NCBI RefSeq assembly: GCF_001194135.2
Contig: NC_068985.1
Coordinates: 67,867,291 to 67,930,992, forward strand
Length of the DNA stretch: 63,702 nucleotides
Reading direction: 5' to 3'
Origin: Octopus bimaculoides
Taxonomy: Eukaryota
Shown: positions 49,550-63,702 of the stretch, piece by piece
Position numbering within the stretch: position 1 is the first letter of the stretch
Layout: every line of letters starts with the position of its first letter
The notes under the pieces: model-generated
Seen by the model: the letters and a program-made list of their open reading frames with translations, nothing else
Databases searched by the model: none
What the model was told of the DNA's origin: nothing
Program-made: the position numbers and the translations under genes

Positions 49550-52252
49550 CAGTAATAATTGGGACAGGGAGAACACGAATACGAAGAACAAGACAGACGA
49601 TAAAATGAGTGGTCGAAGAAATTTAAAATAAGGTTGTTTTATTGTTTCTTTAGTAGATGTCACGATGACATGAAGCAATAAAACAAGACAGTATTGTTTA
49701 ATATAACACTTAAGAATTTCTAAGGCCACACATCTGTATATTAACTTTAATTACTAATTAGCTAATAATGCTAGTATCATGTCATTCTGTTACAATCCGT
49801 TGGGTATTACTACGACTGCAAATATGATGTTTTTAACTAGCTTGATGGATCGATAGGTTAATGTCGAAGGCAGATTTATTACTGTGCCAAGTATTCGACT
49901 TCACAGTTATATTTCGGTACTGCCACCTTTTCTGTTTATGTTGAGCTGATGTGATCTTCTCACCCATACATTTTAATAAAGTAGCGCTAATTTAGAGTAG
50001 GGTTAAAGGGTTATCGTCCGTCAGTGGTGCACAGGGTTTTAATTAAATGTTACAATTATAGGAGACACACTACTCTGTATCAGAGTTATGGAAATACCAG
50101 ATACCTGGCACTAGACCCAAAAGATCGAATCATGTTGAAATAGAATGTGTTTCTCGTTATAGATAGATACAAATAAGTAACTGAGGATATAGAGTCAGTG
50201 TTGATCACGCTATTAGGGTACTTAATTAAAGTGTTTATTAATTATAAAATACATATTGTATAAACTAAATGGGCTTCCTATTGCGATTTATATTTTGTTC
50301 CTAATATTTCATATCTGAGCAACTATTCTTTGTTGAAAAAATGATAAACCAGATCTGATATGTTATGTGGTTAATTAGTGAATATAATGTTACACTACAA
50401 AAATTATCCATGCAATTTATGGATCACCAGCAGTTTCATTGCATATAATAATATGTTTTGTTATTTTATAAAAATATTGTATTTAATAAGATATTGTCTT
50501 TTCAACTTTCTGTTAATTTCTAAATAAATAATGGCCAAATAGGCCATAATTATTGAAAATACAATTATTTTCAGTTAAGCTGAGACAAGATTTTCAATCC
50601 TCCAACGGGCGCCAATTTAATTCATATTCACTGATAAAAAAGGAATTGATAAAGACAAAAAATATTTTTCTACAATATATTTATACCTTTCTCAGAATTC
50701 GGTGGATTGCATAGTCCCGAAGCCTACTTAAAACAGTTCTGTCCGTTTTCATTATCTACTGAATTAATGTCTTCAATTTGTTACTTTCCTGTAAATGTGA
50801 AGCAGCTCTATACATTCGTTGAAAAATTCCCTAAAACCACAAGTTATCCAGTATAGTATGTATGAAAAAGTAGTAGTCGTTTTTATAGCTGGAATGCTTT
50901 TAATTTAAATATACTCAGCGATTACTGGCTTGAAACTAAACATAAAAATACTAACACTAGTAGCATCATACTGTAGTAAATCATCTGTGACAGATGCGTA
51001 ATGAATGTTTTTCGTTTTCACTTTCTCTGAGTTTACCTCACGTAGCTAATTCGTGTTTCATTGTTTCTGGATCATAATTCTATTGATTGTCCGTCAAATA
51101 ATTTGAGAACAAAGAAGGTCACTATATTAACGCTAACGATTCAGATTACGACTGCTACTGGAGGTCTAGAAATGGAGTTTCGTTTTGCTTAAATGCTTGG
51201 CAGATGTTCTTGGCACAATAAATTCAACTTGTTTCAAGCAACATTAAATCAGTTATTGATATCTGGATTTCATGTTACATGTTAGGATTAAGTAAGAATT
51301 CGTATTATATTTATGCTAAACATTCTTTTCAACGTTATTTCGAGAGCTCAAAGGCAATTTGAATAGCGCAATATTTTATTTGCTTAAACATTTCATGAAT
51401 CAATAGTGAAGGAAGAATGAATAACAATGATGAGATAATAAATGCCTTAAATAATTCTTCAATATTATACTTAATGCGCATAATTGGCTATGCTTACGAT
51501 GTAATTGTTGCTATGGTACCGTGCAATAATACTACATCGATGAATGCTGGATGGGAACTAACTTAAACGTAATCAAGTCTGCGTAATTTGTTGCACATTT
51601 CATAATGTTAGTGGTAATAACTCGTGGCCTTGTTTATAGGTATATACCAACAATATGCTGCTGATAGCAAGGCTTTTGTTATCATTGTCGTTGCGTGATT
51701 TTGAAACACTGCATGGACATGACATTTTCTATTTAATTGCCAGTCTCAGTCCGTTACATGGAATTACTGGACAATCATCTTTCAATTAAGCAAATATATT
51801 TCATATTAATTTCTTCAAAGACAGTTAATCATCTGAAACTAATCTTGTTTCATTCTTATAAATCACATTTTGTAACTTCCCTTCTATATTTTTCATATTA
51901 TATTCAGCTTTAGCTTTCTCTGCTCTAAAACATCTTTCAAAGTACATTTCTTGGTATGTGAAAAAATTCCAATGTATATAACATATTCAATTACATTTTG
52001 ATATTATAGAAATGAATATTCGAATCGAAAATACATTAATCTCAATCAGAAAAAAAACTAGTAACGAGCAAACTTAGAAATTAGAGCAAATGTTTCAGGT
52101 TGGGGAAAAATTTCAGTTGCATATTTGACGTGATCACATTGGGTGTACGTTTTTAAAACTAACAGTAGATTAAGCATTAATATTAACATTCTATCTTGTT
52201 CCTTGTTTGTTTTTACTTTGTAAAAAACGAATTTAAAGCAGACCCATAACAT

Positions 52253-52397
52253 ACATTGTATACTGCACATATTGAAAAGGAGTTCCACAGCAATGAAAGC
52301 GGCAGGAACTGCTCGTTCTGTCTATGGAAATGAAACTTTAAGTTCCCGGCCATGCCAACGAAGTTTTGACCAGTTACGTTCGGGTAATTTCTAACTC
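52253..52397 (+). mobile_element. Mariner transposase N-terminal relic
   Basis: STAMKAAGTARSVYGNETLSSRPCQRSFDQLRSGNF*L resembles the mariner HTH (A..A...I..VYG......C..WF..FRSGNF.L). Confidence 0.5.
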
Positions 52398-55300
52398 TTT
52401 CAGTTTCCTATTCAGTTTGGATGAGTATATTTCAAGTCATATTTCAATCATAACAAAGTCTTGAATTGGGAAAAGTAAGGTGAGTTGGTCTCTTCTCAGC
52501 TTAATCAATGCTTTTACCCTCGTTGTCGAAGAATCCTAGGTATAATTATCACAAATGAAGAAACATGATTCGACTATAATCATATTCAATGAAAACGGCA
52601 GTGGTTAGCGCTACAGCGTGTAGTTGATTATATATGTAATTTCATTAGTTATCTTCCTAAATATTCTGAATTTAATATCTTCCTAAATTTAAATATTCAA
52701 GGTTCAAATTTGCCATTAGTTGCGGCTGTATTTATAATGAATCTATTCAGAATATCCAATTAAATAATTTATTATTACATCGAAAGTAATCTAGTCACTA
52801 AGATACAAACAAGTGTCTATAAGATGCCAGTTTACCAGCAACATGAACCATTCAAAATGCAGATCAATTGAAAACATTTTATAAAATATTGATTCATTTT
52901 CTAATTCTATTTTACATTATTACAAGAATCCAGCATCTTTATCATTAAACTTCACATATATATTAATCTCCTTGACTTTGTTAAATTCGTGTTATTTTGT
53001 CGATTAAACTATTAATATGTAGGTAACGTGTTAATACATTCTATTTTTGTATTGAACATAAACAGTTTCAACTGCGATCATCTTTGCAGGTTTGTTTCAG
53101 CTTTGTAGATGAGCTCATAAGTCCAAAGATCTAGTAAAACATGGCTAGGTTTCCTAACTACTTCCAAAATTCGTTACCTGCTAACAGGTTTCGATTTCAA
53201 TCTGAAATAATTCTAATTTAATATCTGAATGAAATAGAAACTTAGAAAACCATGTTTTGTGGAATAATGTCAGCATGCGTCGGGTGTTATATATTGCAAG
53301 AATGAAACTAATACTGAACAGAAACTTTAGCGGAACAAAGAAGACATCATTTTGAGAATGGTTGAATTCTGAGGTATGAGAGTATTATAAGCCGTTTGTG
53401 GACAAAGAGTGAATTATGGAAATTGCTTGAAGTGATACTGTGAACCAGACCTCTTAATTGTTTTGAAGTTTATTAATTCTTCATCGATTTTGCGAGATAA
53501 CTAAAACAATCAAAACATGACATGTGGATACAAAAGTGAGCAAGCAAACAACTTCTTAGTTAACATTATTAAGAAACAATGATATCTATTAGTTTTATCT
53601 AGTACTGATATTCTAGGTTTAATGCTGATAATTTTTTCCCATTTCAATTCTATTCAGACCCGTTTCTCACGTTATCCTTCTTTAGATTAACACACTGTAA
53701 TATGTAAACCACAACGCTAATTAGCCTTGAGAAATTCGATTTCTTCTATTTTATTATTTTACCATTCTTTATGCATGTTTTTCTTCAGCAAAACCCATAG
53801 AAAGGGAAACATTTTTGCTGCCATTTATATACTACCCAAAGGTATTCATTTATGCGGACATGTTTTTTTGGTAATTATTATTCGTGTTAATGAAGTTGAA
53901 GTTCGTAGACTTTACCCAAAATAAGACTTTTAGGTTCGTTAGCTCTATATTCTAAGTTCAAATGCTAGTACAGATGTATTTACAATGTATGCTCATAGAG
54001 ATTAAGTGGCTACAGATAAGTAAATGATCTATTTTTATTATATACGAAATCACGTGTATCTTATATGACCGAAATAAATAATTATTAACATAATTAGTTC
54101 TACGTGCCAATTCCTGTGAATTCCAGTAACATATGGATAGGCGTGTATATAACACAAGTTCATATGATTTATACTCATGTATTATCGTTATTATTACTAT
54201 GCCTGGAATAATCTAGTCCGTGTAATGGGAATAATATCCGCAGTTAAGGGAAATATCGGAGAGAAGTAATTAGAAGGAAACTGATGCTTGCAGTCAGATA
54301 TTTATCTTCACAAAAATATGAGAAGTATTTTATGAGACTCAACACACACCTACAAAGAGATGAGGTTATAAAATCTTCTGAAAGTAGTAATATATATATA
54401 TACAATGCCACAAGCTTTTGCTCACAGATGAGGAAATACATAACTGAAGAAGTTACTCCTCATTGCAGGAATATAATATATTTAAAAACTCATACTCTTA
54501 ACTCGAGAGCATAGTGCACAGAGAACATAAATTCTGAATATTTAGCTCTAGGTTTAAAGTGTAAAATGTGAATACACTTAGTTACCAAATGTCTGAAAGA
54601 GATGAAAAAGAAACATCAGAGGAAACAAGAAAACTAAATTTAATTAAATTACATAACGAATGAATAATTATACTGTGTCAGCGCATTATATATTGGAGAC
54701 GTGAGCTGACATCACAGTTATATGCAACTACTTAAAACCATACACACATACGCATACATATACATATTTGTCCGTTGATTTGTGACATGTGTGTGTGTGT
54801 GTGTGCGTGTGTGTCCTACTGTTTGTTTTTATACTATAATCAAACGATTTTACATGTAACTAGAAGATTGCTCAATACAAACTTCAAAGTTTCGGGAGCC
54901 TAAGTCATTTGTCTACAATGTGTCCGATAATATTTAGTAACTCATCACTCAGTAGCACACTGCTAGCCTGTACGTAGAAGCAGTTACATTTTCATAGCTT
55001 TAATTTCCATTTACACTTCCATAATCTTATTCAAATATATTTACTAAAATTGTAATATTGGAGACTCTTAGTACAAGAACACACACTATCCTTACCACCA
55101 TGTTGAATCTGCTTTCCTCTTCGTAACAGTAGGAACCAATTGATACACGGATAGTCAGTAGCAAATGCACCAAGTATTTGATAGCAAGTAGAAGCTCTAT
55201 CCGACAACGATCACTGGCGGTCGAGAGAAAAAAAATCATTAACCAGACAATAACAACGCAATTTGTTTAGAAGATGTGAAGGCTTTATCTTTCATTACCA

Positions 55301-55469
55301 AACATCTTGACAAACAAGATTGTTTCCATCATGACCATACAGTAAAATAAATATAAGTAACTTATTGAGTGCATTTCATTCGTGTATTCAGATTCCTCTC
55401 TTGCTTTCTTTTTATCTCACTTTTTCTACCTCTATTTCTGTGTGTGCGAATGAGTGAGTGAATGTATGT

Positions 55470-55554
<85 letters not shown>

Positions 55555-55689
55555 TGTATGTGTGTGTGTGAATGTGTGTGTGTGTAGTAACCTATGGTTG
55601 TTCGAAGTTTGAAACAGAGAATGAATCACGAGATCAAGAGAAGTTTTAGAAAGAATGATCCTGGGGAAAATGAGGGAGTGTTGCTTTTT

Positions 55690-55965
55690 ATATGTGTGAT
55701 TTGTGGAAGGAAAGGCAGGTCTTGTCTACCATCAGAGAACTCACAGGAATAAACCCCCTGTAAATTATTATACGGTTATTGCTTATAACATCACATGTTC
55801 TATCTGGGTAAAGGTGTGCTTTTCAGTTGGAGGATCGAAAAGGCATGTCAAAAGAATCCGTACTGTCACACCCGTTCCCTCTGCCAGCCAGCACAGCATT
55901 GCATTTTGCAATATAATGTGCAAGTCTTTGAGCGGGCTCATGAGTCATACAAGGGCCTCACATTG
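55690..55965 (+). pseudogene. Three decayed C2H2-type zinc fingers, probably the C-terminus of an RTE-like LINE
   Basis: ICVICG../KAGLVYHQRTH, ITCSIWVKVCFSVGGSKRHVKRIR and FCNIMCKSLSGLMSHTRASH fit C-x2-C-x3-C-x-S-x2-GL-x2-H-x3/4-H. A microsatellite tail follows shortly after. Confidence 0.5.
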
Positions 55966-56099
55966 AATCATCAATGACGCATTTCAGTGATTCTTTATAG
56001 CAATAGCTTTGCTCGTATACGTGAAACCAGCTACTAAATGAATATATATGTATGTATGTATGTATGAATGTATATATGTATGTATGTATGTATGTAATT

Positions 56100-56590
56100 A
56101 TTCAGTTTATTTCAAAGATTCCTGAATTACAAACGCATACCCTTCAAATCGAGAGGAAGTAATCCTGTTATTGGTCCATGACAAACTACTTTGATGATTG
56201 ATGTTACTATCATCACGGAGCTTTCAACTAACATATCCATACATAGTCTTCTGCTCAAATAGGCTCATCCTTTCATCTGATGTGACATTGCGGTAGAGTC
56301 CTTGGGCATGTATTTTGAGTTATCAGACAAAGAGTGTTGCTCAAAGAACTGCCTTCAAAGTCTTATGATGTTATCAGCCTCATGTATGCAAACTTGGTCA
56401 AGGGATGCACTTCGACACTTGGTGTTTAAAAGATGTTGCCGAAGGGATGTGATGTATTTTAGATCTATCTTAAGCCTCTTCCGCATTGTTTTCGTTTTAG
56501 GTAGTGGCGGTCTACGTCACAGTTCATGTAGAGATTATGTGAGCTTGTTAGTATTTTTCAGGTTTTCACATCAATGGGTCGGATCTCATT
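56100..56590 (-). mobile_element. R4/Dong-like LINE fragment (post-RT region)
   Basis: IDVKT*KILT...CDVDRHYLKRKQCGRGLR resembles the DVDRLYLPRxxGGRGL motif. Confidence 0.55.
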
Positions 56591-56599
56591 AAGCGTCCA

Positions 56600-56930
56600 A
56601 TCAAACAGCCCAAATGTTGTTATGGTACTGGTACTGCAAACACATGTGGGCCACAATTTTATTGAATGCAGTGAGTTCTGAGGACCAATTTTTCTTTATG
56701 TATGTATGTGTGTATGTATGTATGTATGCATGTATGTATATATGCATGCATGCATGTATGTATGTATGGATGTATGTATATATGTTCTGCTCGACATTCT
56801 GCTCCCGACACTTCTGCAGCTCTCTAGCAGCAAACACCATGTCGATAGTCGCATGCTCTTTCCGGAAGCACACTAGCTCTCAGGTAAGAGACCTTGCTCT
56901 AGGTGTGCAATGAGGCGGTTGAGCAAAACT
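56600..56930 (-). mobile_element. RTE-clade LINE RT fragment interrupted by a (CATA)n microsatellite
   Basis: RVLLNRLIAHLEQGLLPES*C-FRKEHATIDMVFAARELQKCREQN. Confidence 0.75.
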
Positions 56931-56932
56931 CT

Positions 56933-57525
56933 GTATACTGTCAACTTAACGTGACAGTCCAAATAAGGGAATCATACTGCTTCTATTTAGCCCTAGGAAG
57001 CTGGACCGCTTTCTGTCGGCCTTGACACATTTCCTGTGTGCTTAGGTTTATGAGGGATGACAAACACCTCCATCCAGCCTAGCCTGCATTCAGGGACATG
57101 TTTCTGCTTTATAGTAACGCTGCTGCTTAAGTCTCTCTGTGAGATTTATAATTAGATCATTTCTTATTTTTGTAATCAGTGAATGTGTTTTCACTATTAA
57201 TATATATGTTTGTGAGAGCTTGACACGCATCTTCAGCTAGCTGGTCGTGCTACTTCAGGCTGATAACGAGCAAAGACTCAGAAACATGTCCCTGAGTGCA
57301 GGCTAGGATGGGTGGAGGTGCTTGTCTCCCCCTCCTAAACATAAGCACACAGGAAATGTGTCAAGGCCGACAGGAAGCGGTCCAGCTTCCTAAGGCTAAA
57401 TAGCAGCAGTATGATTCCCTTATTGGAACTGTCACGTTACGTCGACAGTATACCACTGCTTTATCGAAACACTGCTGCTTAAGTTTCTCTGTGAGATTTA
57501 TAATTAGACCATTTCTAATTCATAT
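56933..57525. repeat. Divergent inverted repeat (arms 56933-57108, 57280-57452) plus a ~65-bp direct repeat (57104-57170, 57455-57525); PLE pseudo-LTR-like
   Basis: The arms align closely by eye. The plus-strand arm carries a hammerhead motif. Confidence 0.8.
57253..57298 (+). ncRNA. Minimal type I hammerhead motif with G8-to-A core substitution
   Basis: UUCAGG-CUGAUAA-cGAG caaaga CUCa-GAAAC-AU-GUC-CCUGAG: 6-bp stem I, palindromic ACAUGU stem III, GUC site after 57290. Confidence 0.65.
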
Positions 57526-57544
57526 ATAAGAGGTTTCGCCGTAA

Positions 57545-59290
57545 TAGTTGTATCCAAATCTACTTTTGTTTAGAGTATCAGATAAAGCTGTCAATGCCGA
57601 ACAGAAAAATCAGTGTAGGGAGTGTAACTCCCTGGAATATTCCTCTTCTATTGGGGATGGCCTTGATTTTTATGAGTCCCTCCTTTGTCTGGATCTGTAG
57701 CAGTCTGCCATTTATTCATGGAACGTTTTATGTATTTTATGATAATTGGTGCTACCTTGTTCATGGTTAGTGTTTCTAGGATCCATGTCTGGGAATAATA
57801 TAAAAAGCATTTCGGTAATCGATCCAGGCCATACTTAGACCCTTTTTCTCTCTGCAGTTGTCTTCAGTTATGGCTTAATTGATCAGAAGCTGATCTTTAC
57901 AACCGTATGATTCTTTGGAGCATCCCTTCTGCTCTTCTGGAAACAGGTTTTCTTCCAGATGTTTGCTCATTCTCTGCAATATTATTGCAGTAAAGACTTT
58001 GTAAATTCTAGGGAGATAAGTTATCGGTCTGTAATTTTGTGTGTTCGCCGTTTCAGTGGATTTAGAAATTAAAATAGTTTTCCCTTCCATAGGCCATTCA
58101 GGCACTAACATTGGCTCTGCTAGTATTTCATTATATTTCTCAGCCAGGTTTTTATGTGTTCCTGTTAGGTATTTAAACCAGGTTGGGAATCTTGTCCTGT
58201 CTGGGAGCCTTTTATGTGCCTAGATTTTGCAGTGCCAGGTTGAACTCTTCAGTTGTTATAGGGGTCCAGAATTGTTCAGCTGCCGAGTTCGCTGTCTTGA
58301 TGGACATTTTCAGAAGTTGTTCCCTCGCCGAGCATATTTCTTTCCAAAATTCCACTTCTTCTGCTTTTGGTGCTGCATTGATGTGTATTTTATTTTTGGC
58401 AAGTTCTTGGTAGAAATGTTTGGGGTTGAAGTTGAACTGTTTGTTTTGTTCAAAGGAACGTTGGTGTTTCTAATAGCGGCGGATTGTTTTTGCTTTGGTG
58501 AGGATATCTTGCTTTAGCAGTTCTCTTACCTCAGGTATACTTTGTTCTGTAATTTTGTATTTACGCAGTATTTTTGTTCTCTTCTGGTTGCTTAGTAGTG
58601 TTGATTGTCTACTAGCTTCGATAAGGATTTACAGATCCATTCTCTTATTTCATTTTTTTTTCTGGATATTATTTATCCACAGGGTTTATTTGGGTAGTGA
58701 TACTCCTTTTTGGATGAGTTTGTGACTGTATCTAGCTTCTTTTGTGGCCACAGAGACTGCTACATATATTATATCATTTAGTCTGGTCATATTGACATTT
58801 GTTTTTGTGGTCATTAGTTCCGTGACGGTCAGGTTAATGCTATTTATTATTGATGTTGCTTCATTAACAATTTTAATTTTTGGCAGGAACAGTCGGTGGT
58901 CCATACTGAGATCTGTGGCTTTCAGTTCTTTAATGATGCTCTTTTTTAGAATATCATAATCATTAGTTTCACCCTTAATGTTTCCTGGTTTTAGATTAGT
59001 TTCGTATTCCATCCTGTTTATATTTCTGTCTGTGGCGTTTTGATTTGGTGTATATTGCTCATCATTACACATTCCTACAGTCTGGCTTTGTTGTCTTTCG
59101 TTGTTTACTTCGTTTTTGTTAGACATGTTACATGTTTTTGTGTTTTCCAGTCTCACTGCTTATTATATTATTTGGCATTGCTGTGTGGTTACTATCTACA
59201 ATTTCCTGTTGCTTATTTCCTTTTAAGTGTTCTATTTCTATTTCTGATATTTTTTCTTGAGATATCTCCGTTTATTAGCTAATTTATTAG
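57545..59290 (-). mobile_element. R4/Dong-like LINE relic (N-terminal region and first half of RT)
   Basis: EGKTILISK...NYRPITYLPRIYKVFT...EEQKGCSKESYGCKDQLLIN, SMAWIDYRNAF and RRGIFQG. Confidence 0.8.
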
Positions 59291-59349
59291 GGTCCAAAAC
59301 CTTATTCAAATATTTATCTAGGTTAAGTAAAGTAAATATAACAAATAAT

Positions 59350-59540
59350 CAGCAATTTTTTCCGGTACCAGATCGATCCAAAAATCTAATCCGCTCGGGT
59401 CAGCCACGAGGCCAAACAACCCTGAAAGTTTCATCCGAATTCATCCGGCGTTTCTTGAGATATCTTGTCCATGGACAAACAAGTAAACAAACAAACACGA
59501 CTCAAAACAATACCTCGGCTTTCGCTAAGACCGAGGTAAT
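59350..59540 (+). mobile_element. Helentron/HINE-type non-autonomous 3' end
   Basis: GATCC-AAAAATCTAAT...CCTGAAAGTTTCATCCGAA...GAGATATC...(AAAC)n...AAAACAATACCTC, with terminal hairpin TACCTCGG/CCGAGGTA (59511-59538). Family assignment from recall. Confidence 0.6.
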
Positions 59541-59783
59541 GATAATAATAGAATACACATGTAAAACCATTTAACACCAGAAATGAACGGACCGGTACCC
59601 TACGAAAATGATGACTAACAACATAAAGAGCCACACGTTATTCCTGATTTCCCGGAAATAAAATCAATAAAGGCATAAATGGACACGTGATAAATACATT
59701 TCAATCCTACACGCTTATTTTACAGCAATACTGTACCTACAGAACGAAAATACAACAACATATAGATATATAATCTGGAAGAT

Positions 59784-59954
59784 AGGCGCAGGAGTGGCTG
59801 TGTGGTAAGTAGTTTGCTTACCAACCACATGGTTCCGGGGTCAGTCCCACTGCGTGGCACCTTGGGCAAGTGTCTTCTACTATAACCTCGGGCCGACCAA
59901 AGCCTTGTGAGTGGTTTGGTAGACGGAAACTGAAAGAAGCCCGTCGTGTATATG

Positions 59955-59985
<31 letters not shown>
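59784..59985 (+). mobile_element. tRNA-derived SINE, well preserved 5' part, running into a gap
   Basis: GGCGCAGGAGTGGCTGTGTGGTAAG (A-box-like)...GGTTCCGGGGTCAGTCCC (B-box-like)...CACCTTGGGCAAGTGTCTTCTACTATA...GGAAACTGAAAGAAGCCCGTCG. Confidence 0.8.
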
Positions 59986-60634
59986 NNNNNNNNNNNNNNN
60001 NNNNNNNNNNNNNNNNNNNNNNNNNNNNNNNNNNNNNNNNNNNNNNNNNNNNNNNNNNNNNNNNNNNNNNNNNNNNNNNNNNNNNNNNNNNNNNNNNNNN
60101 NNNNNNNNNNNNNNNNNNNNNNNNNNNNNNNNNNNNNNNNNNNNNNNNNNNNNNNNNNNNNNNNNNNNNNNNNNNNNNNNNNNNNNNNNNNNNNNNNNNN
60201 NNNNNNNNNNNNNNNNNNNNNNNNNNNNNNNNNNNNNNNNNNNNNNNNNNNNNNNNNNNNNNNNNNNNNNNNNNNNNNNNNNNNNNNNNNNNNNNNNNNN
60301 NNNNNNNNNNNNNNNNNNNNNNNNNNNNNNNNNNNNNNNNNNNNNNNNNNNNNNNNNNNNNNNNNNNNNNNNNNNNNNNNNNNNNNNNNNNNNNNNNNNN
60401 NNNNNNNNNNNNNNNNNNNNNNNNNNNNNNNNNNNNNNNNNNNNNNNNNNNNNNNNNNNNNNNNNNNNNNNNNNNNNNNNNNNNNNNNNNNNNNNNNNNN
60501 NNNNNNNNNNNNNNNNNNNNNNNNNNNNNNNNNNNNNNNNNNNNNNNNNNNNNNNNNNNNNNNNNNNNNNNNNNNNNNNNNNNNNNNNNNNNNNTTGGTG
60601 TTGCCGTAGCGGAGGTTCGAGCTGCGTGTTCTTA

Positions 60635-63339
<2,705 letters not shown>

Positions 63340-63340
<1 letters not shown>

Positions 63341-63702
63341 ACAACAAAAGCTATAAAACAAATGAAATCCAAACTAAAACTAGAACAGCAACGGACCATG
63401 ATAAAACTATGACTAGAAAAGCCCCTACATGGTAGATACAGGGCTAAACTAAATGCGAAAGAAATAGACAGAAAAATCCCAGCAATGGCTGAGAAGCTCA
63501 GGACTCAAAGCAGAGACTGAAGGATTTTTAATTGCTGCACAAGACCAGAGCCTCCCCACCAGAAATTACCAAAAACACATAATGAAAAGAAATATAACAA
63601 GTAACTGTAGAATATGTGGAGATGGACAAGAAACAATAAATCATATTATCTCTGGCTGCCCAGTCCTGGTTAAGAAGGAATATATTCACAGACACGACAG
63701 AG
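63340..63702 (+). mobile_element. R4/Dong-like LINE C-terminal region (zinc knuckle), truncated by the window end
   Basis: LEKPLHGRY...QQWLRSSGLKAETEGFLIAAQDQSLPTRNYQKHI...CRICGDGQETINHIISGCPVLVKKEYIHRHD. Confidence 0.85.

Noticed and set aside
51105-51200. EGHYINAND, resembling the PTP YINAN motif
   Set aside because: There is an in-frame stop just upstream, no credible splice acceptor and no other PTP motifs nearby.

Overview
AT-rich eukaryotic DNA with many microsatellites and many N gaps. The SINE families look like those I recall from octopus genomes, so a cephalopod origin is an inference. I found no convincing host protein-coding gene, rRNA, tRNA or CRISPR array; most ORFs in the supplied track are microsatellite or gap artefacts. 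Identifiable content is decayed transposable elements. Helitrons: two Rep-helicase relics, a 5' end with an N-terminal ORF relic, one complete 900-bp non-autonomous copy, and a Helentron-type 3' end. Penelope-like retroelements (PLEs): one near full-length YVDD-type copy with tandem plus inverted pseudo-LTRs, and three Naiad-like copies (YRDD RT motif seen in one) with unusually long Asn-rich linkers. Other TEs: L1/Tx1, R4/Dong-like and RTE-like LINE relics, mariner relics and SINEs. The most interesting signals are (i) the Asn-rich in-frame linkers of the Naiad-like PLEs, (ii) several minimal hammerhead-ribozyme motifs tied to PLE pseudo-LTRs, one nearly intact at 30217-30290, (iii) a ~900-bp non-coding unit bounded by structured direct repeats, and (iv) a long, near-perfect hairpin at 8691-8779. 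All alignments, translations and folds were done by eye and need computational confirmation.
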